Shown here: positions 1-20,353 of the stretch, piece by piece | Numbering within the stretch: position 1 is the stretch's first letter | Layout: every line of letters begins with the position of its first letter | NCBI RefSeq assembly: GCF_009914755.1 | Contig: NC_060925.1 | DNA length: 64,000 bases | Source of the DNA: the human T2T-CHM13v2.0 reference genome, Homo sapiens | Reading direction: 5' to 3' (one strand) | Made by a program: the position numbers and the translations under genes | Notes under the pieces: model-generated | The model's input: only the letters and a program-made list of their open reading frames with translations | Told to the model about the DNA's origin: nothing | Databases searched by the model: none

Positions 1-2905
1 TGTCTTCACCATTCCAACCTATTTGTCTTCACTTCTCTTTTTAAAGTTGGAAACACTTGGAAAAAGTAAAATTTCACAAAATTCAGCAATTAAAAAATCA
101 GCTGTCACTTTAAGGCTCAATTTTTTTTTTTCCTGAACAGGGGGGTGGAGGCAGGCAAGAAAGAATAGGGAGCTGTGGCAATAAAAAAACAAAAAAATGC
201 AAGAAAACTTTAAAAAATGGTAAGTCTACCACTGATTTATAAGAGCAGGAGTATAAATTCTATCCAAAAGTGTAAGTGATTTCACTTACAACCTGACTCA
301 AATCTCATGGGCTCCTTTATTAACCAAGATTATTTTTGTCTTGTTAAATATACCTCTGCAGGGCACAATCACTTACAATCAATACGATTGGTAAATTACA
401 CAAGCTCTATCCCAAGCAAATATGCACCAATGTTAAAAAGTTATTTTTTTAAAAAAAAACAAAATAAAACAAAATAAAATCCACCCAAAAAGGTGATAAT
501 GACTGCAGAATGTCTCGGGGAGACTGATATGAGCCTAAAGACCAAATTACCATAGTCAGAGAAAAAGGGCAGAAGGGGTAACAAGGGGAAGACACCACAA
601 ACACGAAGAGGAATCTCAAAACTGGAAAATGTTTAAGTGGGTGAAAGGTTTTGTTCATTACCTTAATTCACTTTTTCCATTGTTCTTGTACCAAAAAGTC
701 ATAGATTAATCATAAAGAAAGATAATGAGACCTGTGGACTAATTAATTTTTTTAAAAAAGTTCCTTTTATTCCCAGGAAGCAGGGAAGAGGAAAAAGGAT
801 GAACAGGGGAGAAGTGTGAAAATTTAGGCCAACGATCCATCTGGAAAAAATAACTCTCAAGACAGTGTCTTAGTTGAATAGAGGATGTAAAAACGATAAG
901 CAAAAGCTAAATGCCTTTAAGTCAGAGAATTATTTTATGGGGTAGTTCAGATATTATAAGAATGACAGCCAATCAATGGAGAAAGATTACACAAATAAAT
1001 GGTGATTAAAAAAAGGCAAATAATAATAATAATAATAATAGAGCAACCAATTATTCACCCAATAGTTTGTTTCCAATCTTTTTCTTGACTCTTTCATACA
1101 CTCACTGGGGTGGGGGACCACCTGACAGTTTCCAGTTATAAGATGACTCTGAGTGTACAACCTAAAATGGATGCCAAAGACTTGTGAGCTCTGTCTGCTT
1201 AGAGTTAGAACAGAAACAAAAACAAATCTGAAACAGTAAGACCTCAATACAAGAAAACAAGTCACCTTATCTAGTATAAAATAAACATTAGGATAACAAA
1301 CTCCACAGGATTTTATTTTTCTAAATACACATTTTTGGACACGATATTATGTTGAGGTTTAAGTTCTTCCCCCTTATTGTGCCTTATTTTCTTGTGAAAA
1401 TAAAGTTCGTTCTCTAGGGATGTTTCAGGGATAAAGTTTAGGAGAAATTCAGTGTTTGGCTGAAAATCCAGAGGCTCTGAAAACAAGGATTCCAGTGGTG
1501 AGGTAAGTCCCTTTATTACAATAAGATTTCAAAGGGCTCTTTACCCACTTTGTTCAGTGCAGTATTGAAAACATACCTATTAGGAATAGATTTATTATTA
1601 AAAGGTGTTACTTATTCCTGGTGGTGATAGTCTTACTCTTTATTAACACTATAGCTAGTATTACTTATCAATTATAATCTATTACTTGTGGAAAGATCTT
1701 TAGTGAACACAGAAATAAAATCTTAAAAATTCAAATCTTAAGATTTACTTGCTACAATTAATAGTACCTTTTGACAAAAACAGCTTTCTTCTTGAAGTGG
1801 CTCAGAAAAGCTAAATTGAGAAAATGTTTAATAGTAACTATAATCAACCTACAACTCCCAATAAGTCATTTCAGCAGGAAAATTTCATAAACCTGAGCTG
1901 AAGCAACAAATAAATATAAAAATCATAGCTGTCCAAGGTAGAAAGGTATGAATGTGGATCAGCAAAATGGGCACTCAGGTAAAATGATGACAGTAGTAGA
2001 CTGCTTGCTTGTTTAGGTGCTAATGATGAAAGTAAAATTTGCTTTAGTTTAGTAGGTCTAATTTTTCTTAAAAGGATAGGCAGATTTTTCAGGGGAAGAG
2101 ATCACCTTGCAACACTGTAACCATATCATCAGTTAAAAATTTAACACACTTAGACTCTTATTAGGGGGAAAAAATCTAAGTAAACACTGCAGTTAATTTC
2201 CAGGTAGGTTATTAATCTCTCCTAAAAAGTAACTGGGCCATTCCTTTCAATGACATATAAATCGTTACAGGTGCTTTTTACAGATAGATTTTACAAATAA
2301 AACCTTTACTCAATTATTTAAAACGAGCAAAAAGAGAGTAGAAAAATGGTGAGACTGCTACCCACCACCATTTGTATATAAGTGACAGCAACTGAATACT
2401 TCTTTACTGAGACGAATCCTTTTTTTTAGTGAAAGTATTTTGTCTTGAATTTTAACAATCTGTACATGTACTGACTATAGTTAGTTATTTCTCACCAGTC
2501 ACATACTCAAGAATTCTTTTACTCAGACCCATGACTTGACCACAGTGATAGCAGAAGCTGGGGTGGGCACAAATGCTTATACACAATATTACAAAAGACG
2601 ACATTCACTGGCTTAGAGAAACTGATGAATTTTCATTACTTTTACATTTTATAAGGCTAGCTAACTTTAACAGTTAACTTTAGATAAATCTACTTACACA
2701 GTACAATCAACTCACAAATACTAAAAGGTTTCATGATCAAAATGGCTACTACTTCCCCCAAAACCAAAACAGAGTAAAGCACAAGTCTTTGGCTCTCCTT
2801 TAAAGAAAACAGCAAGTTACCATTCTTAACCAGACCTTTGTTTGCCTACCAGTAGGGCAAATACCACATTTGTGCATCACTGAGTAATAACACCATTAGA
2901 AAAGG

Positions 2906-2922
2906 CAACTTCACAGAAGTTA
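2906..2922 (-). promoter_or_regulatory. Constitutive decay element (CDE)-type stem-loop UAACUUC-UGU-GAAGUUG
   Basis: 7-bp stem (6 Watson-Crick + 1 U-G) with a pyrimidine-purine-pyrimidine triloop; same core as the TNF CDE. Confidence 0.8.
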
Positions 2923-4558
2923 TTGGCTAAGCGAATTCATTTGAATGCTCTGTTTTGAGGCAGCAAACTGTCACTGTTGCAGATTGGGGAGGGCAGTGGG
3001 TAAGTCAAGGGGAAATTACAGGGTGGAAAAAGGTCAAGAAAAAAAAAGACATATATGGAAAAATGTAAACTTTGAGCTCCATCCCTGAAGAACTCTGGAA
3101 AGTCTGATGGAGTTATATACTCAAAGTAGCAAATGAGAATCATACCAATATTCTTTTAGGCAAAAGAAATACATGGGAAAGAATAGAAGGGAAGGGAAAT
3201 AAGATGGGAGAAAGGAATCACCAACATTAATGCTGTACCAAACAATTTTTTAAATACATTCTGAGTAGTTGAATATTTGTAGTTGGCATTAGGAATAATG
3301 TCTTATCAATATCTAGAATACTACTACTAGAAATCTAGCTAACTCTTCTTTTAATTAGAAAAGTAATAAGGAATGGATCTTTGGTCACTTCAGCCTCTGT
3401 ACGTTATCTAAGACAGGACAGTTACTGGACTTATCTTATGACAAAATTATATATAAATTAGGCAAAAGAGCTACATATAAACCAGAAATGGAATCTAGAT
3501 GTCTTATTCTCAGTTCTTCTACCCTTTCCTAGCGACTCCTTGAAAAAAGAGTAAGTCAAAATACTTTTATATTTCTCGCTATAAATAAAATTCCCTCACC
3601 TATGTATGAGTGAACACAATGCTTATTACTCCTACCTTAACCCATTCAAAATTGTTCATCTCAGATATCTGATTTTTGCTTTGGAATTTAGTGAAATACA
3701 AATAAAGTAATATTTAGAAGAAACTAATATTTTAGTAAGTAGAAAACATAAAAACTGTATTTCCTATCTGGTTTCATCTTTGTCTCTAAAAAAAAAAATT
3801 AAAAAGCCAGAAGCAATTAATACCTTTTCAATTTTGATTTTAAAAAAGTAGTTACAGAGTCAAGCAGTTATGCCCAAATATGCCATCTGTCCTTACAGGC
3901 TCATGATATCACAGAGAAAAGGAAAAGGAAAAAAAGCAAAAAACAAAAAACAAATTTTGGGGGTGTTAGTGAATTCCTAAAACCGCTGATGAGCACTAGG
4001 AAAGCTGCAAGAATTTCCATTAGGTAAGGTGGAATGGCCAATTTAAAATACATTATAGGCACAATGGGACAATATACCATCCTTCTGCCTTTCTGCCCAA
4101 CCAGATTAGCTCTAGAGTGTAGGACCATGGAGGGGTACAGCTTGAATTCAGGTTACAATTAAAGAGATTTTTTTTCCCCCAAATGAAAATACATGAAAAG
4201 AGAAAGATACTATTTTAAGTCAAGTTTATACAGTGACTTTTCTGGTTTTGTTCAGAACAGGAATACTGTATAAATTAATCCCTGCTCCTGCCTACTTCAC
4301 AGAATCAAAATGGCGAAAGCCAAGAACAAGTGTATTTAAAGGAAATGAGAACAAGAATAACAGAAACTGAGTTACTAAGGGGTTTCAACTGATATCCAAA
4401 ATGAATCTTTACTTTTATTTTAAACTTAAACAAAAATTAATACCCACAAATTATCTTCTAATACAAGAATCATTCTGAATTCCAAAGTGAATCAACTGCT
4501 TCTAAAATTTAGGATGATCTGACATACCCAAAGGAGAAGATCAGTCCAAATCTGCTTA

Positions 4559-4869
<311 letters not shown>

Positions 4870-6655
4870 TTAAAGTGGAAATGTAAAAGGGTTTTAAGTA
4901 AAAGTCAAAAAGCAAACAAAAGCCAAAAAAAAAAAGAAAAAGCATACATATATATATATATATATATATTTTTTTTTTTTAAAAAAAGAAGACAAATGTA
5001 TAAGAAAACTGGAAAAAAAAAAAGCCTCACCTTCATTCAGTGCTTCTACCACCTCCCAATCGGTCAATTTATCGCAACAGCTGCGCTCATGCGAAAAAAT
5101 CCTTAAAACATACCCAATATATATACAGATATAGCTATGTATATATGTATATATATAATATATATATAAATTTTTATTTAAATAAAAAAGAAAGCTCGAA
5201 TCCCAAGCCAATATGTGTATATCAAATCCTTGACCAGCCAGGTCTGTAGGGCATAATCAAATTCAATGTGAAATAGTATATAAACACGGTGCCTTGACTG
5301 GGCAAATTAAATAATTGCTACTCAAAAGAGTGTTCTGTTTGGACTCTCCTACTGGTAGGCAATGGCAGGACTGTATTACCCTTCCCACCCCCACCACCCA
5401 TTTGTTTAAGTTAACAGTATGATGGACACAGAGCTTAGACTGAGGTTGTTATGACCTCAGCAGGAGTTAAGGGTTAAGAAAATAAGAAACAAGAAAAATA
5501 TAAACTCTTGTTTTTACTCAACCAAAGCAATGTAGTAACTTATTACATAACCAGTGCTTTCTAATTTAGTAGTAAAATACAGAAAGGGAAACTGAAAAAA
5601 TCAGGCAAATAGAGGAATGGAGAGGGCAACTATATCAAACAGTCCCCACTAAACACGTTTTATAGGGTCTTAGTTAATTAAGCACAGACACATGGCATCA
5701 GAATATGTGCAGCAGAATTAAAAAAAAAAAAAACCTTACTCTTTTCAATATTTTCATGAAGAAACATTTGCAACATTGGACAGTTAAGTCTATGAAAAAT
5801 GACTTCAAACTATTTCCTACCTACTTATACTAATGATTCTGAGCAACAAGTGATCAATTCATAAACTATCCTTAAGACTCAATCAGTTCACAAGTAAAAC
5901 AAAACATCCATTAAAATAATGTGGCTCTATTCATTTTAAGTTCAAATCAAATGTTGCAGTTTTAAAACATAGTTGATTGTCCTTGTTTTTTAGCATCCTA
6001 TGATGTCAGCAAAAGTTTAATTTGAAAAGCACTGCTTCAAATTTCCAACCATGAGCTGAACGCAGGCGAAACACCAAACATGTATTTTCAGTGCTAGTAA
6101 GTTACAGTTAATTCTTGATCAACATTTAAATCTAATTAAACACTGAATCAGCTTTCTGATTATATTAAGAGAATGCAAATGATCCTTAATATGAAAATGA
6201 GGACTTCAAAATTGGTAATTCTATTTGAAAAGTTGAAAATAAAAACAAGAAATAAAACCCTCCCAAACAAACAAAAAGCTTCAATGTCAAGAAAAATATA
6301 CGTATCCAATGAAGCTAGTGATCTAGAAAGGGATAAAGAATTCCAAATAACAGCTCTGGGAAAAGTTGGTTTGCTGCACATTTTCTAATAACTCAGTCTA
6401 GTACTGTCTGTTTCTCAAGCACCACAGAATTCTCTGAAAGCTGACATTTTTGGTCTGTTTTAAGTTTATGGGGTGGTGAGAATTGATAAGGATTGGGGGT
6501 GAGGAATTATACAAATTATACACTGGGTATGTAATACCAAAATACAAGAAAACCTACTTCATTAAGATCATACAATTAATCAAACAGAGTGTATATATAA
6601 TATCTTTTTTTTTTAAAGCCCTGGATCCAAGGCGTCCAAAGTTATTAAAATAAAG

Positions 6656-6672
6656 TTCATTCACAGAACAAA
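6656..6672 (-). promoter_or_regulatory. CDE-type stem-loop UUUGUUC-UGU-GAAUGAA
   Basis: 7-bp stem with two wobble pairs and a UGU triloop. Confidence 0.7.
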
Positions 6673-6921
6673 AACAAATTTAATCTGAATTGCTTGCAGA
6701 TACTGCTAATTTTCTTTTTCTTTAAATTAAAAAAATGCATTAATGTGAACTATGTGCAGGGTTTGTTTTTAGTAGTGGTGTTTGTGCACATTGCCTCTGG
6801 TGAATTTCCTGGATTTCTCTGACCGCTCTTAAGAGAAAAAGTTTAGAAGTTATGCGTTCTCCTACCCCTATGCCTGACAAACTGATTAGGAGCAGAAGAT
6901 AAAAGTAGGACTCCTCATATT

Positions 6922-7072
6922 TTAAGGAGCAGAACTGGGAGTAACTCCTGATCTCTGGGAGTCATTATTATCCCCTCCTCCCTCAGGGTCCTCTGACAGG
7001 TTCAGAGAGCTGGTCTTGTTTGATAGGAGGCTGATATTCTCTTGTGTCAAGGCTGATCCATTTGGTACATCA
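6922..7072 (-). CDS. RC3H1: Coding exon 19 (terminal), SDVPNGS...TPSSAP-stop (TAA 6922-6924)
   Basis: Translated by hand; CAGCAG tandem acceptor. Confidence 0.96.
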
Positions 7073-7216
7073 CTGCTGACATTTTAAAATTTTGAAAAAG
7101 GAGAGAGAGAAAAATGATTACTACAATAAAATCAACAGGGGATATAATTTAGCATGATTGAAAATATATAAATGGCTTCCACATTTTAATCTACAGCCCC
7201 TTATCCATGTTTTAGC

Positions 7217-7435
7217 ACACAGTTGGCAAACTAAAGCTAGCCAGGTGCGTATTTTTTTTTTCAGGTGCATATTTTTGTAACTAAAGTTTTATTGGAATAT
7301 AGCCTGGTCATTTGTTTAACGTATTATCCACTGCTTTCAAACCACAGAGCAGAGTTGAGAATTGCGACAAAAACTGTAAGGCCCGTATCTTAAAATACTT
7401 ACTACCTGGCCTTTAAGAAGAGTACTTATCCCTGA
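7217..7435. mobile_element. MER58A-like hAT-Charlie DNA transposon relic
   Basis: gttggcaaact...taaagttttattggaa...gcagagttgag...aaaatacttactacctggccttta motifs. Confidence 0.65.
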
Positions 7436-7469
7436 TTTAGCAGGTTTGCTACTACAAGAAATAATTTTG

Positions 7470-11082
<3,613 letters not shown>

Positions 11083-11650
11083 TCATGCAACCTGAGGAAG
11101 CCCCTAAGATTCAAAATTTACTAAAATGAATGTCTGTGCACTATGAAGCAAATCCTAAGCATATTAATGGATATAGTTTTTCCTAAGCATACATAATGGA
11201 TACAGGAAACAATGTGCAGATTGCATATCACTCATAGCAAAAATAGGTCATCATTATAAAGGCTATGAAACTAGAATGTTATTTGGTGAATACATCTTTA
11301 TATAACATGTTGTCATTGCAAAATAGTAAACACCATCCTATTTGCTTCCCTAATCAGTATGCTAAACAGAAATTTAAGACTTCCATTAAGTTCTTAAATT
11401 ACAGAAGCATTAAAACCTTGTTTTCCCTAAAAGTTAACGAAGAATTATAAGACAAAGAACACACCCAAACCAAGAGAATGAGGAAGGGAATGATAAAATC
11501 GGAAGGTAGCCCACCTGCATGAGAATTATTTTAAATATTAACCACTCATCAGAGTGCCTTGAAGTGATGATTCTGTGCCTCTAGATAATTCTAGAGCCAC
11601 ATGAAAGATTTCATTTCACCTTCCCTCTCTTTCCCCACCATAACACTCAC

Positions 11651-11824
11651 CATACTCAGTTCCCGTGTTCTCTTCCCGATTTCCCTTTCCACCTGGTGCA
11701 GTTCCAAGCTCAACTGCTCACTTGAGATCATCCCAGGCCATTTTGGAGGTGGCGGTGGTGGGGGCTGTGACTGGCCTGCCAGGGTGTTTGCCTCCCTCTG
11801 CAACACCAGCCTGTTACTAACAGC
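11651..11824 (-). CDS. RC3H1: Coding exon 17 (174 nt), AVSNRLVLQ...TRELSM
   Basis: ORF 11591..11806; TAG / GTGAGT boundaries; alternative internal acceptor at 11797. Confidence 0.95.
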
Positions 11825-12085
11825 CTAGTGCATAAAGCCAAGCACACAGAAAACTCAACACACTTCACACCATGCACAGAATAACCAGGCTCAATTCCAG
11901 ACCACAGCCTTGAGTAGCTTATCACCCAGCCATTTGCAACAAAATAATGCAACTGTAAGGTGCTGTTCTCTTTGAGTACCATTCAAACAAAAAAATAACA
12001 AAATAGGGACATTTAAATTTAGTAAACAGTAATTTCATCTTATGTATAAATTGCTCCTTGTATTTTCTGATTTGAAAGAGAAGTT

Positions 12086-12401
12086 GGCTACGCATGGTGG
12101 CTTGTGCCTTTAATTCTAGCACTTTGGGAAGCTGAGGTGGGAGGATCACTTGAGGCCAGGAATTTGAGATCCACCTGGGCAATATATCAAGACCTCGCCT
12201 CTACAAAAAATAAAAAATAAAAAAACCAAAAAATTAGCCTGGGATGGTGGTGTGGGCCCGTAGTCCTAGCTACTAGGGAGGATCACTTGAGCCCAGGAGT
12301 TTAAGATTACAGCGAGCTGCTATGATCATGCCACTGCACTCCATGCACTCCAGCCTGGGCAACAGAGTGAGACTTTGTCTCTCAAAAAAAAAAAAAAAAA
12401 A
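12086..12401 (+). mobile_element. AluJ-type element
   Basis: Diverged Alu with J-type features. Confidence 0.85.
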
Positions 12402-12627
12402 GGAAATGGAAGAAAAACAAGTCAACTACAGATGTGCATCTTTCCCCCTCTGTTTTTAATGGTAATTTTCTCTGAAGTAAATCCTATAACTTATTTCAAT
12501 GAAACCTCAGTAATGGCAAGGACTTTTAACTGTACTGAGTTAAATATGTGGCAAGTTTCTAAATAATACTGATAGTCTTTTTGGACAGAAAATGCTCCTG
12601 GAAACTTTAAAACAAAAAATCATGCAT

Positions 12628-12803
12628 GTGGTGGGGGGAAAGCGGAGGGATAGCATTAGGAGATATACCTAATGTAAATGACGAGTTAATGGGTGCAGCA
12701 CACCAACATGGCACATGTATACCACATGTAACAAACCTGCACGTTGTGCACATGTACCCTAGAACTTAAAGTATATAAAACAAACAAACAAACAAACAAA
12801 AAA
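12628..12803 (+). mobile_element. 5'-truncated L1PA 3' end
   Basis: gggatagcattaggagatatacctaatgtaaatgacgagttaatgggtgcagcacaccaacatggcacatg...cctagaacttaaagtat + (CAAA)n tail; TSD about aaaaa(t/c)catgcat. Confidence 0.92.
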
Positions 12804-13334
12804 CCATGCATTTGAAGATATGGAGTAATGCCTTATTGGGTTGAAGGTCTGAATCTTTAAAAAGTTAATGAACGAAAGATTGCCATAAGCAAACATGGCA
12901 TTCTGTTTCTATGACGGGAATCGGCAAGACGTTCTGAATCAATGTAAATAAGCAATGGCGAAAGCAGACAAAATCTAAGTATTACATAGATTTTTAAAAT
13001 TCCTAAATCTAATTGCGTACATAGGGGCACAAGCCAGCTATATGTTCCAAAAACAATCTCCTACTGGTCTTCCTAAAAAGAAAGTCTACTAAGAAAGTCT
13101 GTCTTATAACTTTTTTTCCCCCCTAAAGTGATGGCTTACTTATTATTAAAGATTATGGTAGAAAGACAGACTAATGTTCTAACAGTACCATTTTTTCCTC
13201 CAGAAAGGACAATATATTTATCATTAGAATGTCTTCAGTTTTCCATATTCAAAGAATATGTTCCAACGTAAAGGATGATGTATAAACAAAACCTAGTCTT
13301 CCTTATGTGGCACTTAAAAGATTTTAAAAATTCC

Positions 13335-14482
<1,148 letters not shown>

Positions 14483-14684
14483 CTATTTTTAGGTAGCAGA
14501 AATTTTACGTTTTCTGTTGTCCCAGAGCTAAATCCAGTATTGAATTCTTTGAAGAATAGAAACCTATACTAACTCCTAAGAAATAGACCTTAAAGTTTTT
14601 TGTTCACAGTGCCTCAAAAGTTCCTATTTAAAATCTCTGAGAACCCTTCAAAAATTGGAATAAAATGGCTCTCTAGGCTGGTAC

Positions 14685-14817
14685 CTCTAGTCCACGTAGC
14701 TGGGTCTGCTGGCTAATCTGATGGTTCAATTGCTGCAATTCTAGTCGTAGCTGTTCTCTCTCAGCAGATGGAAGGGGTTTTCCATGACTGGCCACTTCTG
14801 ACATAGATATTCTCTCC
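14685..14817 (-). CDS. RC3H1: Coding exon 16 (133 nt), ERISMSEV...LRGLE, coiled coil
   Basis: ORF 14673..14855; AAG / GTACCA boundaries. Confidence 0.96.
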
Positions 14818-14954
14818 CTTTGGTTAGAAAGAAAGTGTGAATCAAATTTTAACATTTCATTTTGTTAACATATTACTGACCAGAAAAACAAAAAGAAGTT
14901 GCCTAATTTTAAAGGTTTCTACATGTTTGTTCAAGTAAAAAGAATGACTCATAC

Positions 14955-15045
14955 CTCTCACTGAAGTGTCCCTGAGAAGGTATGTTTTGATGAGGTGAAT
15001 ATGGAGAAGCTCCCCAGCCACCGTGGGTTCCATATGGACTATAAT
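14955..15045 (-). CDS. RC3H1: Coding exon 15 (91 nt), DYSPYGTHGGW...HFSER
   Basis: Translated by hand; CAG / GTATGA boundaries. Confidence 0.96.
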
Positions 15046-15577
15046 CTGTAAGAGAATGATTTATTATGGTATAATTCACAGATTTGATTCTTCTTTTAAG
15101 GTATTCATAATCTGAAAGACATCAGCGTATTGCATACACAGGTATCTGGTATCTACCCTAAATGTCCAGATTTTTAAAATTCTTTAACTTTGTTTTTCTA
15201 AATATCAGGCAGCATGATGCTGGGTGCTGATATATGTTTGTTTCTTCCCCAATGAACTTTCAGTCTTTGTAGTTTTTCTTCCAAATTACTGTATAATGAG
15301 AATGTTATTCCCCCAAATAACAATTAAGCTATTTGGGGTGGGGGTGGAGTGGGGAAGAAACATTAGGAAAGCTTCACATATAGACATTTAATTTCAGTTT
15401 ATATACCTAAAATTCTCTGGGTTATATTACCTTTCTTACAGGGATGATTCCATGGAAAGTTTGAAAATTACTGCCTTGCAAGATTACTAAAAACACTGAT
15501 AGTAAATGGAGAGCAGGGGTAATGCTGAAAGTCAAGATTATGAACCCTTTAGGTCAGCTTACCTCTGAGATTCTTAC

Positions 15578-15791
15578 CTGAAATGTTAATAGATTTTGTA
15601 GGAGCTCCCTGAGGTGCCATAGCCTGCATTGGACCAGCACCCTGATATATAGTTTTGGAAGTTCGTGAGATGGCACCAAACCGAGACACTGTTGGTCGGT
15701 CTCCAAATGGGATGAGGTCATCATCACTGGTTTCTGCTGCTCTTCTCTGAAGATCTAATCGCTGGTCCCTCATTCCTTTACTCTCCACATT
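15578..15791 (-). CDS. RC3H1: Coding exon 14 (214 nt), NVESKGMRD...KSINIS
   Basis: ORF 15549..15806; CAG / GTAAGA boundaries. Confidence 0.97.
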
Positions 15792-15964
15792 CTGATAAAA
15801 AAGCAAAATGAGAAATTACCCCACACTCAGATCGCTCTGTAACCTAATTTTTTCTAGATCTGTAATAAGGTTAAAGAAGAGTACAGCACTCTTACTGGTA
15901 AGACTAAAATCATTAGTTACCTTTGGTTGTTTTTATGTAACACTGGTTTTTAAACCTCTGAGGT

Positions 15965-19867
<3,903 letters not shown>

Positions 19868-20200
19868 GTGACAAAGAATTTTAACTTATTTGGTGAAGAA
19901 GTCCAAGATCTTAATTAATTATGTAAAATAATTTAATCTGGGTTATAAACAATTGTTGAGAAATTGCTATTTGCACAGAAATATAATAAATGCTCTGTCT
20001 CGGTAAGTATTAAAATATTTTTATTTACACCTAAATGAATCAAAAACCTATACTGTTTAAAGATAACTCAACTGCAGAGTATAGAATATGGTCTGAAACT
20101 CTTAAGCAAAGCTGAATTATTTGTGCCTAAATGGTAATGGGTAAAAATTTATTTGGTTTATCTTAATTTGTATTAATTATTGCTTAGCTATTACACATAC

Positions 20201-20353
20201 CATCATTTCCACACTCCCTGCTGCCACAACATCTTTGGGTTTTGCATCTTTGGTTCCAATGTAGGAGCCGATGGTGTCACATGACCAGGGAGAGTATTGG
20301 CTATAATCATTTCCTTTGTATTTCCCAGCTACCTTCAAGTCTTCATCCAAAAA
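20201..20353 (-). CDS. RC3H1: Coding exon 13 (153 nt), FLDEDLKV...GSVEMM
   Basis: Translated by hand; long pyrimidine tract + TAG, GTATGT donor. Confidence 0.97.

Noticed and set aside
1021-1040. (UAU)n tract in the 3'UTR as an AU-rich element
   Set aside because: Simple trinucleotide repeat without AUUUA pentamers; function cannot be supported from sequence
5262-5272. UUCA-CAU-UGAA triloop as a further CDE
   Set aside because: Only 4 bp before a U-U mismatch; too weak to call
14818-14954. Short intron with CTAAC very close to the AG, suggesting a U12-type intron
   Set aside because: The donor is GTATGAGT rather than GTATCCTT and there is no TTCCTTAAC branch site
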